Assembly: GCF_900199515.1 (NCBI RefSeq)
Contig: NZ_LT963434.1
Span: 1,203,272 to 1,235,271 of the forward strand
DNA length: 32,000 nucleotides
Origin: Massilicoli timonensis
GTDB lineage: Bacteria > Bacillota_I > Bacilli_A > Erysipelotrichales > Erysipelotrichaceae
Reading direction: 5' to 3'
Both the position numbers and the translations under genes were made by a program. The first letter of the stretch is position 1. Every line of letters begins with the position of its first letter. Of the stretch, positions 15,786-22,686 are shown piece after piece. Below the pieces are notes generated by a model. The model saw nothing but the letters and a program-made list of their open reading frames with translations. It had not been told where the DNA came from and ran no database searches.

Positions 15786-17015
15786 ATGATGAAAGACAGA
15801 GAAATAGCAGCAGCGATTGAAAAAGAAGCCAAGCGACAAAAAGACCATATTGAGCTGATCGCATCGGAAAACTATGTATCAGATGAAGTCAGAGAAGCCG
15901 TTGGCAGCATACTTACCAATAAATATGCGGAAGGTTATCCGGGAAAACGCTATTACGGCGGCTGTGTGTATGTCGATGAAGTAGAGGAAATCGCAAGACA
16001 GCGGGCGATGAAGCTATTTCATGCCGAACATGCCAACGTACAGCCACACAGCGGTTCACAGGCCAACATGGGCGTTTATATGGCTGTATTAGAGCCGGGC
16101 GATACGGTACTGGGGATGGACCTTGCGGCCGGTGGACATTTAACACATGGACATCCCTTAAATTTCAGCGGTTCTATCTACCGTTTTGTATCTTATGGCG
16201 TACGCAAAGAGGATGAAATGATCGATTATGAGGAGGTGCGCACCGTAGCCCTGCAAGAGAAGCCAAAGCTCATCGTGGCGGGTGCCAGCGCTTATTCCCG
16301 TATCATCGACTTTCAAAAATTCCGTGCCATCGCTGATGAAGTCGGCGCTTACCTCATGGTGGATATGGCGCACATTGCCGGATTAGTTGCGGCCGGGCTG
16401 CATCCTTCGCCGATTCCCTATGCGGATTTTGTAACGACGACCACGCATAAAACATTGCGCGGTACCCGCGGCGGTATGATCTTATGTAAAAAAGAGTATG
16501 CGAGCCTGATCGATAAAAAAGTGTTCCCCGGCATGCAGGGCGGTCCTTTGATGCACGTCATCGCCGGAAAGGCCGTATGCCTTTATGAAGCGATGCAGCC
16601 GACATTCATCGCTTATCAAAAGCAGGTACTCGCCAATATGCAGGCGCTGTGCGATGTTTTGAAGCAAGAGGGTTTTCGCTTGGTAAGCGGCGGCAGTGAT
16701 AATCACGTCGTACTGGTAGATGTGAAAAGCTCTATCGGCATGAGCGGGAAAGAAGCGGAAAAGCTATTAGATGAAGTATCGATCACCTGTAATAAAAACA
16801 GTATTCCTTTTGATGAAGAAAAACCGTTTACGACCAGCGGTATCCGCTTAGGCAGTGCCGCAATGACAACACGCGGCTTAAAGGAAAACGAGTTTATGCA
16901 GATCGGGAAATGGATCGCTTCTTTATTAAAAGATCCTTCTGTACCAAACAAGCAGCGCATCAAACAAGAAGTCTTGACATTGACCGCCAAATATCCGATT
17001 GCCCCTCTTTTGTAG
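15786..17015 (+). CDS. glyA: serine hydroxymethyltransferase
   Basis: [28 protein letters not shown] and [14 protein letters not shown] (PLP lysine motif). The start is either ATG 15786 or the adjacent ATG 15789; the latter has better SD spacing. Confidence 0.95.
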   Translation: MMKDREIAAAIEKEAKRQKDHIELIASENYVSDEVREAVGSILTNKYAEGYPGKRYYGGCVYVDEVEEIARQRAMKLFHAEHANVQPHSGSQANMGVYMAVLEPGDTVLGMDLAAGGHLTHGHPLNFSGSIYRFVSYGVRKEDEMIDYEEVRTVALQEKPKLIVAGASAYSRIIDFQKFRAIADEVGAYLMVDMAHIAGLVAAGLHPSPIPYADFVTTTTHKTLRGTRGGMILCKKEYASLIDKKVFPGMQGGPLMHVIAGKAVCLYEAMQPTFIAYQKQVLANMQALCDVLKQEGFRLVSGGSDNHVVLVDVKSSIGMSGKEAEKLLDEVSITCNKNSIPFDEEKPFTTSGIRLGSAAMTTRGLKENEFMQIGKWIASLLKDPSVPNKQRIKQEVLTLTAKYPIAPLL

Positions 17016-17028
17016 GGGCTTTCTTTTG
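17001..17028 (+). terminator. intrinsic terminator overlapping the glyA stop
   Basis: GCCCCT-CTTTTGT-AGGGGC followed by TTTCTTTT. Confidence 0.65.
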
Positions 17029-17075
17029 TGAAAAATATAACTATTTGATGAATGCGTTATCATTAAAAATTTCAT

Positions 17076-17104
17076 TTGCTTTTATGATAAAACAGGACTA
17101 TACT
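17076..17104 (+). promoter_or_regulatory. sigma-A-type promoter for the antiporter gene
   Basis: TTGCTT - 17 nt - TATACT. Confidence 0.5.
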
Positions 17105-17134
17105 GATTAAGGTCTAAAAAAGGAGTTGTCAAAA

Positions 17135-18421
17135 ATGGAATATGGATTTATGTTTGATGTGGCAATCATTTTAGCAGCTACAAAATTATTAGGCATGCTG
17201 ACGAGGCGGGTAAAACTCCCTCAAGTGGTTGGTGCATTGCTGGCGGGACTGATCTTAGGCCCGGCAGGTTTCGGGATCTTGAAGGAAACGGAATTTATTA
17301 CCCAAGTGGCGGAATTAGGCGTTATCGTGTTAATGTTTGATGCCGGTTTAGAAACTGATATCAATGAATTGAAACGATCGGGAAAAAATTCTTTCATCGT
17401 TGCGTTAATGGGTGTCATCATCCCTTTCATCGGCGGCTTTATCGTTGCTGATCTTTATGGAATCGGTACGACCGATGTTTTGAAAAATGTCTTTATCGGG
17501 GTGATCCTGACAGCGACTTCGGTCAGCATCTCAGTTGAAACATTAAAAGAAATGGGCCGTTTATCGACAAGAAGCGGCAATATTATATTAGGAGCGGCAC
17601 TGATCGATGATATTTTAGGAATTATCCTTTTGACTGTAATTACCAGCTTTGCCGATCCAAATGTAAATATCATGATGATGGCGATCAAGATCATTGCTTT
17701 CTTTGCTTTAAGCGGGATCCTCGGCATGCTGCTGCATAAAGGATTTGCGATCTGGATGAAGCGTCATGATCGTGATTTGCGTCGTTTTGCGGTCTTCTCT
17801 TTTGCTTTCTGCTTGCTTTATTCTTTTGTGGCAGAAGAGTTTTTCGGGGTTGCGGATATCACCGGCGCTTTCTTTGCGGGACTTGTGATCTCTAATACGA
17901 CGAAGGCGACCTATGTGTCATCCCGTGTCAATACATTGTCTTATATGCTATTAAGTCCATTGTTTTTTGCGAGCATCGGTTTGAAGGTCGTATTACCGGC
18001 AATGAACTGGGAGATCATTTCCTTTACGCTGATTCTGGTAATCGTAGCTATTTTGACCAAAGTACTTGGCTGTGGACTGGGCGCCAAGATGTGCGGATGT
18101 CCGACTCCTCGGGCAATGCGGATCGGTGTCGGTATGATCTCACGTGGTGAAGTCGCTTTGATCGTTGCTATGAAGGGTATTTCTTTAGGCATGATGGATG
18201 AACAGTACATTGCGCCGGTCATTTTAATGGTCGTGGTTACGACGATCATTACACCGATCTTATTGAAGATCGTATATAGTTCTAAGTATGATTCTATCAC
18301 TTACGAACACAGTGAGTTGCTGAATCGTTACGAAGAGGTACGCGATTTCGAACGTGCTTCACAGGCGCTGCTTCGCCAGCATCATAATATGCAGAAAAAC
18401 GAACAGACAGAAAACAACTGA
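17135..18421 (+). CDS. cation:proton antiporter (CPA2, Na+/H+ exchanger family)
   Basis: About 12 TM helices. N-terminal LLGMLTRRVKLPQVVGALLAGLILGP...ELGVIVLMFDAGLE is typical of KefB/NapA-type CPA2. The tracked start 17126 is TTG. ATG 17135 lies 9 nt after AGGAG. Confidence 0.85.
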   Translation: MEYGFMFDVAIILAATKLLGMLTRRVKLPQVVGALLAGLILGPAGFGILKETEFITQVAELGVIVLMFDAGLETDINELKRSGKNSFIVALMGVIIPFIGGFIVADLYGIGTTDVLKNVFIGVILTATSVSISVETLKEMGRLSTRSGNIILGAALIDDILGIILLTVITSFADPNVNIMMMAIKIIAFFALSGILGMLLHKGFAIWMKRHDRDLRRFAVFSFAFCLLYSFVAEEFFGVADITGAFFAGLVISNTTKATYVSSRVNTLSYMLLSPLFFASIGLKVVLPAMNWEIISFTLILVIVAILTKVLGCGLGAKMCGCPTPRAMRIGVGMISRGEVALIVAMKGISLGMMDEQYIAPVILMVVVTTIITPILLKIVYSSKYDSITYEHSELLNRYEEVRDFERASQALLRQHHNMQKNEQTENN

Positions 18422-18445
18422 TCCAGCCAAACAAATGATTTTAGT

Positions 18446-18484
18446 AACAGCAATCGCAGCCTGTCGGATTGCTGTTTTTTTATT
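18446..18484 (+). terminator. intrinsic terminator after the antiporter gene
   Basis: AACAGCAATC pairs with GATTGCTGTT (10 bp perfect) and is followed by TTTTTTTA. Confidence 0.75.
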
Positions 18485-18496
18485 CCGTTTCCCACC

Positions 18497-18526
18497 AAAA
18501 AAGGAGCACTGCTCTTGTCATGCTCC
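18497..18526 (-). terminator. intrinsic terminator after parB
   Basis: The minus strand reads GGAGCA-loop-TGCTCC followed by TTTTTTGG. Confidence 0.5.
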
Positions 18527-18537
18527 ATCTGTTCTAA

Positions 18538-19422
18538 CTATTCTTCCTCTAAGCACCCTAGGATTTCCAATAAACGGTTTAAGTCGTCCGTACCGTGATA
18601 GCGGATCACGATCTGCTTTTCATCCAGCTTTACCTGCGTTTGAAATTTTTCCTGTAAACGATCCTGTAAGATACGGTATTGCGGATCCTGTACTTTTGCT
18701 TCCACGTGTTTTTTCGGCGTATTCATTTTCTTTACCAATGCCTCTACCCCGCGGACTGACATTTTATCATGAATCGCTTTTTGTGCCACTAAGATCATAT
18801 CCTCTTCACACAAGCCTAGCAGCGCCCTTACATGTCCCATGCTCAGCTCATTAGAGATTACATACTGTGCAACTTGATCCGGCAATTTTCTTAACCGCAA
18901 CATATTGGTCACATGCGTTCTCGATTTTCCGATGCGCTTTGCCAGTTCTTCCTGTGTATAGTGCAGTTTTGTGATCAGCTTATCATAGGCGTTTGCCTCT
19001 TCTATCGCATTCAGATCTTCTCGCTGGATATTCTCTAACAATGCGATCTCCATCATCTGTTGATCGTCAAATTCAACAATGATTGCCGGAATCGTCGCAA
19101 GTCCGGCCAGTTTGCTTGCCCGCAAACGTCTTTCTCCGGTTACCAGCTCATAACCCTTCACTGCCTTTTTTACTAAAATCGGTGTAAAGACCCCATGCAG
19201 GCGAATCGAATCTGCCAATTCATTGATCTTTGTATCGTCGAACTGTTTTCTTGGCTGATAAGGATTCGGCTTGATTTCTTCCACCGCAATCTCGATCTTT
19301 CCCGATCCATGGTCTTCATTCACGCCCTGCTGAATATCATCCAGCACACTTTCAATATCTTCACCGAAGATTGCGGACAATCCCTGTCCTAACCGGCTGT
19401 TATCTTTTTTTGTCCTTGCCAT
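18538..19422 (-). CDS. parB: chromosome partitioning protein ParB/Spo0J
   Basis: GLSAIFG N-terminus, PNPYQPRK, GERRLRA (CTP-binding/ParB box), HTH (TQEELAKRIGKSRTHVTNMLRL). SD AGGAGG lies 7 nt upstream. Confidence 0.93.
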   Translation of the reverse strand: MARTKKDNSRLGQGLSAIFGEDIESVLDDIQQGVNEDHGSGKIEIAVEEIKPNPYQPRKQFDDTKINELADSIRLHGVFTPILVKKAVKGYELVTGERRLRASKLAGLATIPAIIVEFDDQQMMEIALLENIQREDLNAIEEANAYDKLITKLHYTQEELAKRIGKSRTHVTNMLRLRKLPDQVAQYVISNELSMGHVRALLGLCEEDMILVAQKAIHDKMSVRGVEALVKKMNTPKKHVEAKVQDPQYRILQDRLQEKFQTQVKLDEKQIVIRYHGTDDLNRLLEILGCLEEE

Positions 19423-19437
19423 CTGTTCGCCTCCTGT

Positions 19438-20211
19438 TTATTTCTTCCTGTTGGCCTTTACCACTTCTGCCGCCAGACCGGCATATGCTTTCGCTCCCTC
19501 ACAGCGCACATCATACTCAAAGATCGACATGCCGCGAGACGGCGCTTCTGACAGTTTGATATTTCTGGGAATATAACTCTTATACACTTTATCCTTAAAA
19601 TGCTTGCGCACTTCCTGCTGCACCTCTACACTTAGCTTGGTACGCGCATCATACATCGTCAATAACACGCCCTCGATCATCAAATGCTTATTAAATAACT
19701 GCTGCACCAAACGAATCGTCAAAAGCAGCTGGGTTACACCTTCCAACGCATAATATTCACACTGCACCGGGATCATGACCGAATCTGCGGCAGTCAAAGC
19801 GTTGGTATTCAAAAGTCCCAAGGAAGGCGGACAGTCGATGATGATAAAATCATAAGCATCGCGCACTTCCTCTAATTTATTTTTTAACAGCTGTTCCTTT
19901 CCGGTTTCGAATTTTACCATCTGCAAATCGGCACCGGCCAAAGAGATATTGGCAGGAATGATGTCGATGGGCGGAGATGACAGCTTGCGGATCACATCCC
20001 GGGCATGATAATCCTCCATGATCAGTTCATAAACACTGAGTGCTCCTTCCTTGGTATTTGCCCCAACGCCCTGCGTTGCATTGCCTTGTGGGTCAAAATC
20101 CACTAACAGCACTTTTTTTCCTAAATATCCTAAGCCAACCGCAAGATTGATTGCAGTGGTCGTTTTCCCTACGCCGCCTTTTTGATTCGATACGGCAATG
20201 ATTTTTGACAT
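19438..20211 (-). CDS. soj: chromosome partitioning ATPase ParA/Soj
   Basis: Deviant Walker A NQKGGVGKTTT, then VLLVDFDPQGNAT and IIIDCPPSLG. Confidence 0.95.
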   Translation of the reverse strand: MSKIIAVSNQKGGVGKTTTAINLAVGLGYLGKKVLLVDFDPQGNATQGVGANTKEGALSVYELIMEDYHARDVIRKLSSPPIDIIPANISLAGADLQMVKFETGKEQLLKNKLEEVRDAYDFIIIDCPPSLGLLNTNALTAADSVMIPVQCEYYALEGVTQLLLTIRLVQQLFNKHLMIEGVLLTMYDARTKLSVEVQQEVRKHFKDKVYKSYIPRNIKLSEAPSRGMSIFEYDVRCEGAKAYAGLAAEVVKANRKK

Positions 20212-20231
20212 TTCTCACACTTCCTATCTGT

Positions 20232-20993
20232 TTATTTCTTAAAAGTCAATGTAATGATGACCTCATCATCATTTTCCTGCTCTTTTAATGCAACTGCCGT
20301 TCCTGCTTTCTGGATCATGGCAACTGCCTGATGCACCGTATTTAAGGCGATCCTGATATTGCGGCTCACTGCCTTTAATTTCGCTTTCTTCGCTTTTGGC
20401 GCTTTTTTCTCATGAATCATCTTTTCGACCTGCGCCACGGTCAATCCCTTTTTCACGATCGCATGCAAATATTTTTTCTGCTGTGCGGGATCGCTTCCGA
20501 GCAATGCCCTGGCATGACGCTCACTGATCTTTTTTTCACTGACTGCCTGCTGCACCTCATCACATAAGTTCAGCAAACGCAGTTTATTGGCGATCGACGG
20601 CTGGCTTTTCCCCATCTTCAGCGCTAACTGCGACTGGGTCAAATTCGCATATGCCATTAAATCAACATATGCTTTTGCTTCTTCGATCGCGCTTAAATTT
20701 TCTCGCTGAATATTCTCTACCAGCGCCATTTCCGCCATCTGCAATTCATCGGCATCCATTACGACTGCCGGAATCTCCAGCTGCCCCAGTAATTTCATTG
20801 CCCGAAATCTGCGTTCTCCGGCAACGATCTGATAGGTGCCATCCGGCATTGCCCTAAGGGTAACCGGCTGAATCAAGCCGTTTTCGCGAATCGACTGCGC
20901 CAGATCCATCAGCGCTTCATCCTGAAATTCTATGCGCGGCTGATAGGGATTAGGTGCAATCAGTTCCATATCGATCATTTTTGTTTCTCTCAT
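20232..20993 (-). CDS. noc: nucleoid occlusion protein Noc (ParB paralogue), N-terminally short
   Basis: PNPYQPR, GERRFRA, SIANKLRLL and KKISERHARALL. The Noc-specific C-terminus SRNIRIALNTVHQAV...EVIITLTFKK compares with B. subtilis RDTRIAMNTIRQSL...YIQLTIRIPK. An in-frame TGA two codons upstream of the ATG precludes an N-terminal extension. Confidence 0.8.
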   Translation of the reverse strand: MRETKMIDMELIAPNPYQPRIEFQDEALMDLAQSIRENGLIQPVTLRAMPDGTYQIVAGERRFRAMKLLGQLEIPAVVMDADELQMAEMALVENIQRENLSAIEEAKAYVDLMAYANLTQSQLALKMGKSQPSIANKLRLLNLCDEVQQAVSEKKISERHARALLGSDPAQQKKYLHAIVKKGLTVAQVEKMIHEKKAPKAKKAKLKAVSRNIRIALNTVHQAVAMIQKAGTAVALKEQENDDEVIITLTFKK

Positions 20994-21009
20994 ATATCAT
21001 TCTCTCCTA

Positions 21010-21714
21010 TTAAAGCGGCTTCTTCTTTATCATTGCATAATTGCGAGGATATTGTTTCGGCGTCGGCTTTTCCTTGCGATAGATCAAATTACAGCGCAGA
21101 GAATCTGTTCCCAGCCGCCGCACATCCTGTGCTTCCGCTGCACAGCCAAGCAAAGCAATCGCTCTCTGCGCTTCTTTCGCTTCTTCTATTCCGGCAGATC
21201 CTTTCATCGCCAGAAAAACACCGCCTATTTTGACAAGCGGAATGCAAAGTTCGCTCAGCACCCGCAGATTTGCGACTGCACGCGCTGTTACGAAATCAAA
21301 TGTTTCTCGATGTTCTTTCGCATAATCCTCCGCTCTTGCATTTACGATCACAACATCGCTTAATCCCAGTGCTTCTGTTAATGCCCGCAAAAATTGACAG
21401 CGTTTGCCGATCGGTTCAATGATCGTTACCCGTAGATCCGGCAAAAGGATCTTTAACGGCAAGGAAGGAAAACCCGCGCCTGCTCCTACATCGCAAAGTG
21501 ATCCGCTGATCTTTCTCTCAAAGGCAGGCAGCGCACAATCTAAAAAATGCTTCTCATAAATTTCCGCTGTTTCACGAATTGCCGTCAGGTTCATACGCTG
21601 GTTCCATTCCTGCAGCATGGACGCATACAAAGCAAACTGAGACATTTGTTCTTTTGTTACGGCGATGCCGTTTTGTTGCAGTATTTCTTGCAGTTCTTCC
21701 GGTGTCACAAGCAT
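21010..21714 (-). CDS. rsmG: 16S rRNA (guanine527-N7)-methyltransferase RsmG (GidB)
   Basis: WNQRMNLTAI, SLCDVGAGAGFPSLPLKI (SAM motif) and VTARAVA. The true start may be GTG 21708, which has better SD spacing from GGAGGG. Confidence 0.92.
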   Translation of the reverse strand: MLVTPEELQEILQQNGIAVTKEQMSQFALYASMLQEWNQRMNLTAIRETAEIYEKHFLDCALPAFERKISGSLCDVGAGAGFPSLPLKILLPDLRVTIIEPIGKRCQFLRALTEALGLSDVVIVNARAEDYAKEHRETFDFVTARAVANLRVLSELCIPLVKIGGVFLAMKGSAGIEEAKEAQRAIALLGCAAEAQDVRRLGTDSLRCNLIYRKEKPTPKQYPRNYAMIKKKPL

Positions 21715-21728
21715 CCCTCCGTTTCTTT

Positions 21729-21737
21729 ATTATACCA
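21729..21737 (-). promoter_or_regulatory. extended -10 promoter (TGgTATAAT) for rsmG-noc-soj-parB
   Basis: The minus strand reads TTTGGTATAATAAAGAAACGGAGGG immediately upstream of rsmG. Confidence 0.5.
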
Positions 21738-21783
21738 AATTCGCCATGTAAACGAAACACAATATTCATGAAAGATCGTGCGA

Positions 21784-21820
21784 AAAGAAAGAAGCGCATG
21801 CTGGCGCTGCTTGTTTCTTC
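21784..21820 (-). terminator. probable terminator insulating rsmG from upstream transcription
   Basis: The minus strand reads AAGCAGCGC-CAGCAT-GCGCTTCTT, followed by TCTTTTCG. The stem has one mismatch. Confidence 0.45.
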
Positions 21821-22025
21821 ATCTCAGCCTTTACTTATCACCCGGGAAATAAATGCGATCGTCATAAGACCAAACAGATTGAAAAACAGGCTTTTCATAG
21901 AAAAACCTGCTATACAAAATAAGAGCATTCTCTTTCATTTTCGATGATGCACACACCCTGCTCTTCATCAAACACTGCGCTTCCCTCCTTTTGTTCATCA
22001 AACCATAAAGATAGACAAACTGCAC

Positions 22026-22056
22026 AAAGCGGCACGCCTTCTTCGGTGCCGCTTTT
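22026..22056. terminator. perfect 10-bp GC-rich hairpin flanked by A/T runs (orientation ambiguous)
   Basis: AAAGCGGCAC (22026-22035) pairs with GTGCCGCTTT (22046-22055). On the plus strand it is followed by TCCATTTATTTT; on the minus strand by GTGCAGTTTG. Confidence 0.55.
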
Positions 22057-22253
22057 CCATTTATTTTCCAACAGTAGTTGTATTCAGTTTTCTTTACTTA
22101 TGCGTCCTTTCATTTCAAATACTTTTTCCTTTCCGTATCTTACTATTACTTTACGCATAATCCATTCTCTAACGTTCCATCTATCTTTTACATACTCTGT
22201 CCTGCATCACTTTTTTCCAATTCTTTTAGGTTTCTTTCCTTTCCTCTTTTTCT

Positions 22254-22403
22254 TTATGCTTCAGACAGAATATGATTCTCGCTCATGCTTGTTCCCGTTC
22301 TATTCTCACTGATCGGGTCGTAGTCATATTGATTTCGCGTTAAACTTTCGGAAGATCTTTTTCTAAGACGGGTCCATCGCTGTTCCCTTTCCTGCTGCCT
22401 CAT
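22254..22403 (-). CDS. candidate small ORF (49 aa from ATG 22403; 61 aa if TTG 22439), highly charged
   Basis: SD-like TAGGTGA lies 7 nt before ATG 22403. The peptide is MRQQEREQRWTRLRKRSSESLTRNQYDYDPISENRTGTSMSENHILSEA. No family recognised, so it may be fortuitous. Confidence 0.2.
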   Translation of the reverse strand: MRQQEREQRWTRLRKRSSESLTRNQYDYDPISENRTGTSMSENHILSEA

Positions 22404-22619
22404 GCATCTTTCACCTACATTTCCGCAGGCATCTTTCAATTCCGGCCTTCCTGCCGTATTTTCCTATATTCGCAAAACACAATTATGATTGTTATTCTCT
22501 TTTCCCTGTATGCCCGTACATGCTCTACAAGTCATGTCTTTCTTACAGAATCATAATGGTTTTGCTAAAATCGATCACCCATGTTCTCACACCTTTCCGT
22601 GCTTTTTCTTTACACCTTT

Positions 22620-22647
22620 ATTATAGAAAATTTTGCTATTCTGTAAA
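22620..22647 (-). promoter_or_regulatory. near-consensus sigma-A promoter immediately downstream of the LytTR regulator gene
   Basis: The minus strand reads TTTACA (22647-22642) - 16 nt - TATAAT (22625-22620). Confidence 0.65.
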
Positions 22648-22656
22648 GTGCTTTGG

Positions 22657-22686
22657 CATAACTTGTTGTTTTATGTCCTTAACTTG
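22657..22686 (-). promoter_or_regulatory. LytTR-type operator: 9-bp direct repeats CAAGTTAAG / CAAGTTATG separated by 12 bp
   Basis: The minus strand reads CAAGTTAAG (22686-22678), GACATAAAACAA, then CAAGTTATG (22665-22657), ending 9 nt upstream of the -35. This matches the AgrA-type consensus [TA][AC][CA]GTTN[AG][TG] at 8/9 and 7/9 positions, with the canonical 12-bp spacer. Confidence 0.55.

Noticed and set aside
18354-18854. 166-aa plus-strand ORF spanning the antiporter 3' end, two terminators and the parB 3' end
   Set aside because: It crosses two intrinsic terminators and runs antisense to parB. Its composition is Pro/Ser/Leu-rich and typical of shadow frames.
21568-21583. parS-like half-site TGTTTCACG inside rsmG (searched the whole window for TGTTNCACGTGAAACA)
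   Set aside because: Only the left half matches (10/16 overall). Other CACGTG occurrences (18704, 29386, 31166) lack the flanks. No credible parS is present in this window.
21944-22312. 122-aa plus-strand ORF (and 22078..22275) in the gene-less region
   Set aside because: The translation of a T/C-rich tract gives Phe/Ser/Leu/Pro low-complexity sequence. There is no SD or promoter, so it is more likely an artefact of the strand-compositional skew.
21800-22620. Tested the gene-less region by eye for known structured RNAs (RNase P GGAAAGUCC core, tmRNA 3' end, SRP domain IV GGAAGCAGC, group II intron domain V, T-box, retron msr/msd) and for CRISPR-like spacing
   Set aside because: None of the diagnostic motifs is present (only a loose GGCAGGAAGGCCGGAA near 22441-22456), and there are no regularly spaced repeats. 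It is therefore left as an unclassified candidate RNA rather than assigned to a family.
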